A stretch of DNA of 64,000 nucleotides from Chrysomallon squamiferum (taxonomy: Eukaryota; Animalia; Mollusca). The notes under the pieces were generated by a model, which ran no database searches, was not told where the DNA came from, and saw nothing but the letters and a program-made list of their open reading frames with translations. Of this stretch, positions 50,801 to 64,000 are shown in pieces. Position numbers and translations under genes: made by a program. Location of the stretch: contig CM022665.1 in NCBI GenBank assembly GCA_012295275.1, positions 14,384,001-14,448,000 on the forward strand, given 5' to 3'. Each line of letters starts with the position of its first letter. Within the stretch, counting starts at the first letter, position 1.

Positions 50801-51748
50801 GAATGAAGAAAAAACATATATTACTAAATTTCTAAAAGTCAGCAAACAGCATATATGCTTTGAAGGTTAAATACAATTTTCAATGTATGTATTACATAGG
50901 TGATAAATGTAAAATCTGTTAATGCAGTAATAATGATTATTTTAAAAAATGTTTATAAAATCCATACAAATAAACATTAAGAGCTGTTTGACGTGACTCC
51001 CCCCAAAATATACATAAAACAAATAATAATAAAAAAAAAAAAAATGTAATAGTTATTTTAAAAGTTAAAAATAATAAATAAACAAATAAATGAATAAATA
51101 AAAGTGGAAATAACATCACCAAATGATGCAACAGAACAGTTTCATTAAGCTATTGTTATATAATAACAGTCTTCAGATAATCACATATTATATATATATA
51201 TATAATACATATATATCAGTAATTAAATCTGTTTGAATGTAGTTTTTAATTCCTCTGTACTAAATATATAATACAATAAAAATGAATTTATAGAATTCTT
51301 GTTCATTCTGATAATGGAATGATAGTCATATTCTACTAAAAATTGAATAGGCACCAGACAATCATTTTAAAATATTAAACTATAAGTAGGCACCATGACA
51401 ATCATTTTAAAACAACATAAAGTTTTCAGCTTGTTTTTAATGCAAAATACATCCATTCACTGAGTTACTGTGGTAAGGTTTATGTGTATATATGTGTGTG
51501 TGTGTGTTTCTGCAAGTGTTTTAAAATGTCTGTCACTTTGTGCACATAATCATGGCCATCATGCAAAAGCATAGATATAAATTTATATTATTCACATATG
51601 CACAAATTTTAGTTTTTGATGACTACATTACATATCCAGCCAGACAAAACAATTCTAAACACATTTTGTTTTCTCATAATTTAAAGGTGTACTATATAAA
51701 AAATATATCACAGTATTTAATATTAACTAATCTAGACATGATCACCCT

Positions 51749-52228
51749 TCAGGGGAAAATCTGTGACTTCAACATGGCCTGCTGTTGATCTTTAACAGCA
51801 ATTCGTAGATCTTTCATCTTTTGAGCAGTCTGTTCCAGGTCTTGGAAATGTTTCATTCTTTGGACCTTTGCACTCTGCATTTTGTTTCTTACAGCAGTGC
51901 TGGATGCTTCTTCTTCATTCAGCTCAGCAGCTCGGGCATCCAGTCTTGCCTGAGATTTCTGGACTTTAATTTGCTGCAAAAGATAAATAAGTTATAATAA
52001 TAATAATAATAATAATAAATAATAATAATAATAATAGTAATAATAAAAGTAGTAGTAGTAGTAGTAGTAGTAATATTATTATTACAAGCTTTAACTGTGT
52101 ACTTAGTCTGTAATAGATTTTTATTCATTTCTCTATATAAACAATGTTAAATTGTATATACTCAGTTTTTAAGGAATTTTTAATAATTTCTCTATATGAA
52201 ATGGTTTTATGTGTATGTATATGGTGTG

Positions 52229-52268
<40 letters not shown>

Positions 52269-55200
52269 GTCACATGTGACTTGTTATTAACTCTGTCATC
52301 ATGTAACCAAAGGGGCATAACACTCCTCGACCAAACAGCTCTAACCATACACACAGACCTCCCTGCATTGGGTAGGTAGCTACCTGATTTGGCTCAGCTC
52401 TAAGGGTATTCAGGAAACAAGGTTATATATGTATTTATATTTGAGACTAGAAACACAACAACACAAGTTTAGATTTGAAGAACATATGTATTATGTGATG
52501 TAATGAAACTTATTTACCGAGTAAGCTTACGTTTACAAACAGTTTCCCACCACCTTTTCTAGCTCACCAGATAAGTAAACAATTAGTGATATTATATTAG
52601 TTTATCCCTCAAGGAAAAATGACACACCTCAATATGTATTTCAATATGCAAAGTATATCAAAATAACATACTGCTTAGTGGGACGTTGACGTGACAATCT
52701 GTTAATAATAACACTACTGTAGTATCTATGCTTACAATTACAGAGAGTCAGTGTTGACTTCAGATTCCCAGCTATTCTCACCCACTGTTTTAGAGATAAT
52801 AACCTACAGTTTACTTTAATGGGTCTGATCTCAGATTACCAGCTATCCTCAAACTAATGGTTATAATACATATGGTTATATATATATATATATGAACATA
52901 TACTTGTTAGAAAGACACAACAACCACCTTTTAGTTACTTAAACAGAGCCATAAAGACTTACAGTTACCTAAATCAGCTGGAACAATGTAACTGTCCAGC
53001 TGACAGTTAGCCACAGATTTGTCCTGCATGGTGTAAAACTGATCTCTCTAACCAAAATGTGGTCTATCCTTTTATGCTCTAGGAAAGACAACATAGGTTT
53101 TTTTTTACCATTCTTTTCCCAGAGTGGTACCAAGAGTGGTTGGAACTTTAGCAGACATACACATGCTAGTGGATCTCCCAAAACAACACTTTACCATAGT
53201 TTATATAATTTTTAAGGAAATCATGGGCTTCTAACATCTAATACATATTAGCTTATATAATTTTTAATTATAGATATATAGATATGAAAAAATAAAATGT
53301 GGAAAGAAAAAATAAATATCAACCTCAAACCCTTCTTAAGAACTTGTAATTTTATTTTCACTCTTTATTATTTGGAAAAACGTTACAATGTATGTTGACT
53401 AAAACAAACAATTTTTTTTTTTTTTTAATCAAAATACATTTAGACTACCTGTTTGTACCAACACAAGGTGGGTTTTTTATGTTTTTGTTTTTACCAGAAA
53501 GAAATAAAACAATTTCTTGGTAAGTTTACAAATTGTACTTAAACAATCTACTGGAAATAGACACTCCCTGACTTACACTAGTGGATCATTCTGTGAAATA
53601 CAACATAAATCAAAACAAATGTTTACTGAAGCATATCATATATGTATGTCAGAAAGACATAACAATATTAATTGTTTAATAATAATAAAAAAAGTATGGA
53701 TCTATGTAAGTTTTTCAGGGAATGTCATATACAAAATGTATTAGATCATTTGTTAATAGCATCACCAGTGCACAAACCTGTCTTCTCTCTATAGTGGCAG
53801 CAATCTCCTTCTCTCTCTGAGCCTCCATGGCTTCCCGTCTCTCTCTCCTCTCTCTCATTGCTTTGATCCGCTGTTCTTCAATTTCCATTTCCCGTTTCTG
53901 ATTCTCCTCAATGCGAGCTCTCAGCTCTCGACTGATGTTTTTCTTTGCTTCTCTTGCCTGTTCGATGGCATTTCTCTCATTCTTCTGTCTCTCAGAATCC
54001 TGAGCAAGTTGCTTCAGAATTTGCTCATGATGCTGGTCCTGCATAATCTGCTTCATTTTGTCAGCTTCTGTCAACCTATTTTCCCATTCAGCCTGTCGCT
54101 CTTGAATTTTGCGTCGTCTTCAATGAATGAATTTATAGATTTAAATGAATTTTTACCAAAGTGGTATAAATATATTTATTCATATGGTGATCTAACTTAG
54201 TTAATTTCTGTTTATTCTTTTTATTTTTTTAAGTTGTTTGTTTGAAAATATTTAATATATGGTTTGGTAAAAAAAAAAAAATTGTGAATCTGACTCAGTT
54301 AAGGTACAGTTCTGAATGTAAAATTAGTAAGTCAGATATGATTTATATTTGAATTTATTAACCAAAATATATTTGCCAAAAAGAAAACTATAACAGACAT
54401 CAGATTTAATTTGTTGTTAAAGAGTTAAAACAAAAACTGAGACAAATTAATGACTTATCTGATCTCATTTTGAACCTAACATAAGAAAGAAAAATATACA
54501 AATTTTATTCTGTCACACAAATGTAAAGAGAGATATTATTACCTGTATTCTCTGCGGGCCTCCTCAGGTGAAATGGAATCAACCTGATATCCAAGAGATC
54601 CAGCCACCCCTGCACCAGAAACCCTCTGAACATCTGGTGCTGAAGGAGGTCTGGGTTTTCTGAACAGGAGCTCTACAGAATTTGAATAGTCATGTTTTGC
54701 ATATGGATCAACGTATCTGAATGCTGAGCTTGGCCATTCAACTGTATAATAAATAAATAAATAAATAAATAAAAACTCTTCTTTTTTTTTAAATCATATT
54801 GTTTTGTATAAATTAAATAAATAATAATATTTAAATTAAAATAATTTATTACCACTGCCATTGAGCATGCGTTGATCTCTGGCCTCTAGGGGAGCCTGTA
54901 GAGCTGTTTCTCTGAATGGTCCATGAGTACTTTTCACTGCTGGTTTTACTGGACTAGCATCCCTGCTGAAATATTTCCATGGTGGCCGTCTGCCAATTCC
55001 ACGTGATTTGTGAAATAAAAGACTTGAGTCAGTATTCACCCCAGTGCTCCTTACATCTACCTCTGACTCATAATCATTATCATCAAAATCATCATCCATC
55101 ACATCTTCATATTGTGCATCATCAACTTTATTCCTGTGTCTCTCCAGCTGTTCTTTGATTAGCTCTGCTTCTTTAAATGAAACAGATTTTTTCAGACAAT

Positions 55201-55746
55201 TTTCCAGCTGTTTTTCCCGTTTTTTCAACAGCTTCTTGCAAGGTTCAGCCTTTTCATTTTCTTTCTCATCCAGCAACAACTTGTGCTCCATCAGCTGTGA
55301 TGTCACCTTGTCATTCAACTCCTTCTGTGTGATGTTAGTTCCAGGAATGGTGGCATTGATGTCATCACTTTTAACCACTGTCTGTACTGGCTTGCTAGGC
55401 TTGGTGTACTGACATATAACAGGACGAGGGTAGAATGGAATGTAAGGTGGGTAATGATATAGATTGTTTACAAAAACCGGATCAGAATCTAAAATCATTG
55501 TAGCTGGTCGAGGATAGACTTCTGGTGATGCTACAGGGCCAGATGTAGGGTAACCTGATAGACTCTGTATAGGGTAGGACTCCTGAGACTGGATGGTTTC
55601 CCTGGCCTCTTTAGGCATTTTCAGCTCCAGTACTATTCTTTCATAAACTGGTTCTGGAATCCAAACAGCAACATCCAAAGGCACAGTTTCAGTTTTACCA
55701 TCACTAAATGTGACAGTTATTATTTTGTCACTGGGACTAAAAAAAA

Positions 55747-55800
<54 letters not shown>

Positions 55801-57595
55801 CATATATATGTATGTATGCACATATGTATATATAAATCCATTTTTAAATGGTTTAGTTTAGATGTTTAATAATGTTGCAATAAGCTAGACATAGTAAAAT
55901 AAATAATATCAGACTTGTAAATATATTAACAAGAAAGTCAATATCTATTACTGTCATAACAAAACAAAATAGAAATGTAAAAGAAATGTTATGAGGATTG
56001 TTTTAAATTAGTAAAATATTAATAATCAAGTGAAAAAAACCCAGAAGATATTTCACATAGTTCTATCTTCTTGCTTATTAAAGTAAATTTCACCTTCACT
56101 CAGTCTCTTCTCGTGTCCATCTATAACAATCCCTGGACCATAGCGTTCCCCCTCTGGCTCCCAAGGGGCAAGAACTCTGTCACCAGTTAAAATTGTGTGT
56201 CGTTTAGCATCAAGGTAATCAATAATATCCCAGACAAAAGTGTCTTGATATGTGGTCTCCTTATATTTGCCATGTTTATTGGGACCAAAAGCCACAAGAA
56301 ATTTATTGGATAAAATCTGGAAAATAAAATTTCAAAAATACAATTGATATGTTTTTAATGTTTATTTTTATAAACAGAAAAAATATTAATAATCTCTGAT
56401 ATATACATTAATTTTGAATTTAGAAGAATGAAAACACAGCAACAAAACACTGAGGCATATCTTTTCATATTTTTCATTTTTTTTTCATTTGAAAATCACT
56501 AGTTCCATACAATTTCTTTTCTCCTAATAATAACTGCAAAAAAATAATGAAATAATTACGTGAAAAAAAAATAATACAATAACAACTTAATATAAACTGA
56601 ACTAAAATTCTTAAACCCACCTGACTTTGTACTTTTCCAAGATAGAAATAACCATCATCCATTCGTCTCCCCATTACTTTCTTTCCAACCAGAAGAGCAC
56701 CAGCACCAGGAGAAAACTCAACTTCATCATTTAAAGAATCTTGGGCCTTTAGCCAAGCCTTCGCAGGCCTAAATCGACTCCAGTATGAAGGGTAGTAGTA
56801 TCGGTAGGGATACAGAGGAGGCCAGCAAGGTGATGGAGGATTCAACCAGTTACTGAGGGCAGTTGTTCTTGGAGCTAGAATGATATCTGCTTCAGGATCA
56901 GTAGCCAGAGTTGTAGCTACACTGCACATTTTTATGTCAGGTTTCCTCAGCACATTTTCAACAGTTCTGATAACCCGTCCAGGTCCATGGTCAGATCTGT
57001 AAATTGGAGTAATCTTTTCTACACACCCGTGTGTTGAGAATGTTACAATATGGAAAGAACCATAACTTTCAATGGCAAGATCTTCCAAAAATTCTGTGGC
57101 AGCTGCATCAGCTTTTTCATGAGCTAAATAAATACAATGGATAGGCCGGTTTTCAATGACGTTGGCAACATTGTCAAGAATATCTTCAGGATACTGGTCA
57201 GGTAGGCCATCGGTGACCAGATACACTGCTCTGCAATGAGGATCACTGAGTGCTGTGAGCAAGGCATCTTGGGTATTTGTTCCAGTTGTGGCAGACAATT
57301 TGTTTATCCATTCGACAGCAACAGCAACGGTCTCAGGAGTGCATTTCACTAACTTGTCAGCCCACTGAGTGACATCTGAGTTAAATTCAATGATGTTGAA
57401 AGTTGTAGATTCTCTCTGAGCATGTTTCATAAGTGTTTCAATGAGATGTTCTTTCACTACATGAATACAGTGATACATGCTCCCTGATGTATCAATGCAA
57501 AATGTAACATCTCTTTCCAATACCTCTCCCAGCAGATTTGGCACTGGTATTTGTGCAACAGTAGGAACTGGTTCTGAATATTCAGCTGCCTCCAT
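51749..57595 (-). CDS. von Willebrand factor A domain protein with a DUF4537-like region and C-terminal coiled coil (VWA3B/C11orf16-related), ~950 aa
   Basis: Exons 57595-56621, 56316-56094, 55736-54853, 54741-54543, 54117-53778, 51973-51749. MIDAS motifs FCIDTSGSM, GTNT and VYLVTDGLPD. DUF4537-like segments VMGRRMDDGYFYLGKV, GDRVLAPWEPEGERYGPGIV and VTFSDGKTETVPLDVAVWIP. E/R/Q/K-rich tail. The junction 56094/55736 is out of phase by 1 nt as written. Confidence 0.85.
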
Positions 57596-58250
57596 TTTTG
57601 TCTGAAAAAAAGGAACATATATAATAAAATAAAATAAATGTGTGTTACACATGTTGGTTTCCTACTTTTATGTTACAAAAAAATCTATGATGCTGTATAT
57701 GTTTTGCTGAATGAATAAATGGTGAAAACTTTTCTGCTGAACCTCAACAATTTTTATTAATTGCTTCTTTGTTGTTAAATTATGTCTTTTGTATAATAAA
57801 GATACCCATAAGGAACTTTTGCTATGATTCTGTAAGCCACCCTTTTTCAATTTACTATAAAGTATCCAAAATCCTTGATAAACCAGCTATAATATGGCCA
57901 ATTAAGAAACAAAAGAAAGGTTTTAGTGTAAAGACTTTACACAACTTAATAATATATATTTTTTATGAAAAGTGCCATTTTCAGAAGCTTGTAATAATAA
58001 TATAATGATTAATAATAAAATGTACAAAAATTCTGTTAAAAACATTAAAGTTTAGTAAAAATCTTTCAAAAATGTAAAAAGAATTCTGGTTTACAGTTTG
58101 TGTTCGAAATCTAAACTCCAATTTTATTTAATACTCAGGTGAATCAGCAGACAGGCTACATGTCCATCTTGTTTCGATAATTTTTAAACTGATGCCCTTA
58201 AATAATATATTTTGGTACGGTATTCATGATGTTATATTAATAATGTTATT

Positions 58251-58311
<61 letters not shown>

Positions 58312-58519
58312 GTATGCAGTGTTAGCTACCATAACATTAGTACTGACAGAGTTTCAAATACGATAGATAATCATATCAGATAAAATGATACTTAATTTTG
58401 TTTGGTTTAAGTCCCGTTTGTAACAAAAACGTACCTTTAGCTTCTAATTTAAGTTTTGAAAAGCTTCAAATATTAAAAGAAAAAACCAATTAAATAATTA
58501 AATGTATTAACATTTTTTG

Positions 58520-58770
58520 TGCTTACTGTAGAAATAACGTCTCTTTCGTCCGGTATTAGGTGTCCATGGTCATTATATCGCTAAAAACACTGTCACTATT
58601 TACAACTAGCACCTGCTGTTGTCAAGGAAGCCATTTTGGTTATTCGGGAGTGTTCGTATATGTCCGGACGTATCGGAAATAGACGGTATATACTATTATT
58701 TACTTTCGAGTCAACGTTGAAAGTTCGAGGTTATTATAATTATTTATCATGGAATATTGATGACTTGTTT

Positions 58771-58809
<39 letters not shown>

Positions 58810-59086
58810 GAATAAAAAATAATAAGATGTTTAAAAATTACTCCAAATGTTATGACGTCATAAACATTTTACATGTCATTTACTAAGCAACATGATTCTC
58901 ATACGTTTTGAAAATTTCAAATCTCTTTGGATTTACAGGTTAGATATCGATGTGAATTTATATAAATATACTTCAAGTAATCATAGGTATGCATTTTTTA
59001 TTTTAAATATATGAAACTGTACAATAATAAATACAACAGTTATTGAAAATCAGTGTTGGTTTTATTAATATTGGTTTTGCTTTTTG

Positions 59087-59132
<46 letters not shown>

Positions 59133-59424
59133 AGATATCTAATTAATTATTATGGTACTTATTGAAATAGTTTTCATAATTAGTATTAATAAAATATAAT
59201 GATATAATGAAAAATAAAGCTAATGAAATAATCACTCTCTGCTCCTTTCTCTTGCATGCAAGTCTTTTCAAACGAAGGACCGTAAACGAAATGGTCGGTT
59301 ATTTTCGGAAACCGTTTGATAATAAATTCCAGCGGATACGGAAATGTAGTTTGCGTTTCCGGTTAAGAATCTCTACACTTGTTTGGGGTCCGTAACAAGG
59401 TTGTGGACCAAGGTCGCAGCAATA
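58520..59424. promoter_or_regulatory. Divergent promoter region shared by the VWA gene and NDUFB2
   Basis: Minus-strand donor CA|gtaagc at ~58526 marks a non-coding first exon. YY1-like GCCATTTT at 58630, CRE TGACGTCA at ~58853, and CGGAA/TTCCG ETS-type sites at ~59306-59362 before the NDUFB2 ATG. Confidence 0.5.
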
Positions 59425-61391
59425 ATGTACTTCTTGTCGCGTTTAAGGACTGCAACAGCAGTTCTAAGATCTCGGACAAGTCAACAATTGACATCAGTTA
59501 GACACGGAGGAGCGTAAGTATCTTTAATGTAACACTAACATATGACGTAGACTTGGTTGATTTGCTCTAATCTTAAATAAATGATCACGTTCATTAAATT
59601 TACTTAAATTTTAAAACTTAAGTTTTAACCTAGAGCCAAAAATCAGGAGAGGTAGAGACTGACAGTATCACAGCTATATTATTCTTTCAACTTTGTCCAC
59701 TTAATTTAATTTTTGTAAAGACAGACGAAGAACTCAAATATTTAACATGTACTAAAATGTTTTGATTTAAGAAATTAAGAAGATTCTTCAGATTTTAAAA
59801 TATTTTCATTAACTCATTATTTAACGGCATCAGTAAAATATACTAATTTATAATCTGTTATATTTTTTTGTATAGAAAATAAAATGTATATATATTAAAA
59901 TGAAATAATTAAAAAAAACAACAACCCAAAACCTAAAACATAACACATTCTTATTAGATTATATTAATATGATAGTATGATGATGACATCAGTAATAATG
60001 TTCATTGTGATTAAAAATTGTGTTTTTGTTTCTCTCATTAAAATGAATGCATGGTAACTCTGTTGTAGATGGGTTTACCGACGACCTGCACTTCCAGCAT
60101 CAAGAAAAACAATGATAAAGGCTGAAGTGATGGGTTTTATTTTATGGTATTGGATGTTGTACCACATCTGGCATGAACCAGAACATATAGTTGTAAGTAA
60201 GATTGAATTAAATGTATTCATGTGTCTCATAATAATGGTATTATATTGAATAATAATCATACATTTTTATGATTGTCATATACAGTGGTACCTGTCTTTA
60301 GCAGCCACCTACAATGTATGTACACTTTTCCAAGTCCCAACTGTTTTTTAGTGGATATGTCCCTTAGATAAGCAGACACCTACTGAATGCAGATATGGAC
60401 AGCATTTTTATTCCACTGCTAAAGTGGACAGTCATATTGCTTTGGATTTGTTTTCTCCAAAATAAATAATTTTATTGCTGAATGGCAGATATATACAGTA
60501 TGTTTAAAAATGATGTTGCCTATTTCCTATACTGCACAATGCATACTGGGGGTGTTGTTTTTGTTGAATCACAAGAGCCTGTGTATTGCATTCGCTGTGA
60601 ATTCAACCCCTTTGGTACACAGTTTTGATAATTCAGACATTCAGCATCATTTAGTACATATTTATGTTTTATAAACACTGCATCTTAATCTTAGCAGACT
60701 TTCGAGGTTGAAAAGATGGTGTAGCTGGCACAAATTGGCACTGTATTTGGGTTTCAAACATAAATACATCTTATACTTACTACAAGTTTTATGATGTGCA
60801 AAATATGTTTTCTTTTAATCTGATGCTGAACTGTTTGCACTTGTGCTATGCTAATGCCCAGTCATAATAATTTGTTTGTGATTGATGTGAATAAAGATTG
60901 CGAATATCTTAAAAAAATATGTGTGTAATGTCAGGGATGTTTGCAGTGGACACTTTCACTCTGCCCCACAGATGTCATTACAACACAGGTACCACTGCAT
61001 ATACTTACCCATAGTGACATAAACTAATAACACTAATACAGAGCCATTGTAGTGTTATTGAAGTTTGAAATTTTTATAATTTCTGATCTATGCATGATAG
61101 AACTGATCTGTTAAAAGAATAAGGGAAAATAATTTTATGATTTGTAAATATATTTATTGTTGATATTCTTAATTTTAAACATGACCACCATCATTGTGGA
61201 TACAAATCATCATGTGATTCTGAAATTGTAGAAATACATTTTGTACCTGATTTTCAGTTAAACTGAGGTTTTGTTAAAGCATTCAAATAACACAATTTTT
61301 TTTTTTCTTTGTTATACAGGGTCATTTCCCATACCCAGACCCATCACAGTGGACAAATGAAGAGTTAGGAATACCTCCCATTGACGAGTAA
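59425..61391 (+). CDS. NDUFB2: NADH dehydrogenase [ubiquinone] 1 beta subcomplex subunit 2 (AGGG), 94 aa
   Basis: Exons 59425-59513, 60069-60192, 61320-61391 (GT-AG, in phase): [94 protein letters not shown]. It has a mitochondrial presequence and the diagnostic W.W...H.WH...[19 protein letters not shown] motif. Absent from the ORF track. Confidence 0.96.
60283..60997. mobile_element. Non-autonomous pogo/Tigger-like DNA transposon (MITE), 715 bp, in NDUFB2 intron 2
   Basis: Perfect 13-bp terminal inverted repeat: CAGTGGTACCTGT (60283-60295) and ACAGGTACCACTG (60985-60997). TA on the left, CA (decayed TA) on the right. Confidence 0.7.
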
Positions 61392-64000
61392 AGAAGTTTT
61401 TGTATTCATATTGAAGACTTAAACATGTGACAAAATCATGAAGTGCTGTGTGTTTGGAGATCTCTGGTTGTCCAGTCAGTCAGCAGTTGAAACTAACTGT
61501 AGATCATTTTTTGTAGTGTTCATACCAAACATTTGAATAAACTGTTAAACCTACATTATTTGTTTGCATGTTTTCTGTTTTCAAATTATTTTTGTGAAAT
61601 GTTAATAAAACTGAAAGCAAAAGAAATATTAATAACAATATAGGAAAAAGAAGCATACAGTTTAGGAAAACACTTAATGCCCAAAACATTTTTTTTTTTT
61701 TTTTTTTTTCAAAATCTTTCTTTTAAAGAAATTAATCTGGTAATCTGAAAAGATGTAATACTGTTTATTACATTATTGTATTCTAAGTGAAGCTTTTTAG
61801 ATAATAAATAATCATCTGTATTACCAAAATTGTTTTAAAAAAAAGGTAAAGCAGTCTTAAAATTACCAAAACCTTTTTTTTTACCTTTAAAATAGTCCAT
61901 TTGAAATAGTGTGAGTGAGTTTTAGCATTACCTGTGAAAAGTTGCCTCAACATATTTTCCATTCATTAATTTTGGAAATATTTACTGTCAGAATTTGGAA
62001 GTTTATTATGCCTCTTTTAGCTGACAGTTTCATTTCCTATATTTCACTTGTCTTTGTAATTATGGTAACATTCTGTCCATGTGTAATAAAATTGCTGTAC
62101 TGAGTGTTTATTAATGATTATGTATTTCAAAAAGAAAAAAGAAAGAAAAGAACTATCATTTGTTGTCTTAGTAAAAAGAAATGTTAAGAAATTACAAAAG
62201 TATATTCCTAAATTTATATATACTTCATGTTTTTAATCAATTATGACTTTATTATTTAATTTTAATTAAATTTATTATTATATATGTATAGATATCCAAT
62301 TGTATTTGCTTATTGAGTTAGAATTTCTACTAATAGATGAAGTAGCATCAGCTGGGTTTCCTCTCATATTTTTATACAATAAACATGATTAATAATAAAC
62401 AATTATTAAAATATGCCATCCTTAGCCCAGTATATTAATTCATTTGAAAACAAAAACACAGCAACAACAACATTTTAAATTTCTTTACTGTATCATACAG
62501 ATGACATTTCCTCTAATTTTTCCAATCCATTGAGCAGAACTTTTGAAGCTTTGAGCAAAAAATGGAAATAAAAAGTGGTCAAAACATTCATATTTTGTAA
62601 ATTAAAATGAGAGGCAACATTCAGATGTGTTTGGCAACCACTCAGATTAGAGGGAACACTGCATATAAAAATATATAGCCATACACCTAAATCATTGGAA
62701 TGTAAACTGGGCCCCCCCCCCAAAAAAAAAAAAATAACTGCCCAAACTATTAATACCTTATTCATACAAGTCTGTTTTAGCCTGTATAAAAATGTTTATT
62801 AAATTGTTTACTAATTAATAAAAACATTTTTTTTTTTTTAAATTTGAAATTCCAAAGAGAAATATTTAACTGTTCTTTTGGAGTCACTGTATCTACTGCA
62901 GTCCAGTTACATGAAAATAAATTAAAATTTATCCATAATGGATAATACTGATATCTTGTCAAACAAAAAAATTTATGCCAAAATTAGCATAATAACTTTG
63001 CTAATGGCTTATATAATAATGTAAATGATAGTGTCATTTCACAAAATTGCCTGAAATTAATTTTGGACCCAAGATCAAAGCAAGAGCTACGTTGAAACTT
63101 AAGCAAGAGCAGCACGACAGCACCAGTTAAAACAATCATGTATAATATACAAATTCTATAACCTTTGGGTTTTGGTGTAATTTTTGTGTTTATTTGTAAT
63201 AGTTGTAACAAAACTTTAATATTAAATTTATTTAAACTGCTGTACAGTCAAATATAAAAGCTGAAATGACTGCAGCTGTATTGAGAAAACAGAAAATAAT
63301 CAGTATCTTCCCAAAATATCAAAAATAACATTGAAGCAGTAACAATATGTCACCTTATTACTACACCTGTTATTATTATTATTATATATTTATTTGGTTA
63401 ACCAAGTTGCCGATCACTATGAAAAAGTATATACATTCTGATTCTAAATAAATCAAATCTAGGCAGCAAAAAACACAGACTATAAATTTAAAAAATGTTC
63501 AGTTATCAACCATATTTTTATTGTCTTGTTTTAATTTATAAAATTATCACAGTTTGATGGTTTTGTTATTATAAGTCAAAATAAAATAAATAGAAAATAT
63601 ATTCTGACATTAAAATAAATACTATGTAAAAAAATATAATATTAAAATTTAATAGGATAAATTTTTCATCAACATTTCATATATTTTATATGCAAATAAA
63701 ACCATCTGTACAAAAACAATTTTAAAACTAAATTGAAGAGAGAAAATAAAAATTTAAATACAGTGTATTAATAACAATCAGTAGGTCAAACCTGTTTTCA
63801 AATAAAACAATGATATAAAAATGAAGATTAAATATAACAGTGAAATATTATATTTATGAAAATAAAACCATGTTTTAAAAAAATGGGATCATAGATGACA
63901 TCTCAAGGCTTTCATCATTATTATTTTTTAATTATATAATATTAATACATATAAAACAGTAAATAAAACTTACTGCAGCACAACTTAAGTTCTTTGAAGA

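Noticed and set aside
51345-51412. Short direct duplications (TAGGCACCA..GACAATCATTTTAAAA twice; similar pairs at ~28706/28778, ~50027/50066 and ~52760/52830)
   Set aside because: Two-copy local slippage duplications without regular spacers; not CRISPR-like and no sign of function.
55155-55412. Plus-strand ORFs antisense to VWA gene exons (also the minus-strand ORFs over the WH1 gene)
   Set aside because: Shadow ORFs of real coding exons on the opposite strand.

Overview
AT-rich, microsatellite-dense animal genomic DNA with spliceosomal introns, probably a lophotrochozoan such as a gastropod (inferred from gene and repeat content). Most ORFs in the supplied track are microsatellite noise, so gene models were rebuilt by hand from GT-AG splice sites and reading phase. 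Left to right: (1) a weakly supported exon of a minus-strand gene leaving the window; (2) an intronless CDS for a WH1/EVH1 + basic + CRIB-like protein that looks like the N-terminal half of WASP with no VCA (6649-7710, +); (3) a ~32 kb cluster of three intact 5-exon Reeler-domain genes, each with a signal peptide and a GPI-type hydrophobic tail (A 14188-16570 +, B 19270-23061 -, C 36924-46490 -), plus a decayed Reeler exon at ~33.4 kb; (4) inside that cluster, a 5-exon orphan gene (27933-31959, +) for a 132-aa secreted, probably GPI-anchored low-complexity protein that shares the Reeler genes' tiny first coding exon; (5) a VWA + DUF4537-like + coiled-coil gene resembling VWA3B (51749-57595, -), head-to-head with (6) NDUFB2 (59425-61391, +). 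All three Reeler genes have a TCACGTGA palindrome 65-90 bp upstream of the ATG, and B and C share a 35-nt downstream element. Relics of Tc1, LINE, pogo-like MITE and tRNA-SINE elements are also present.
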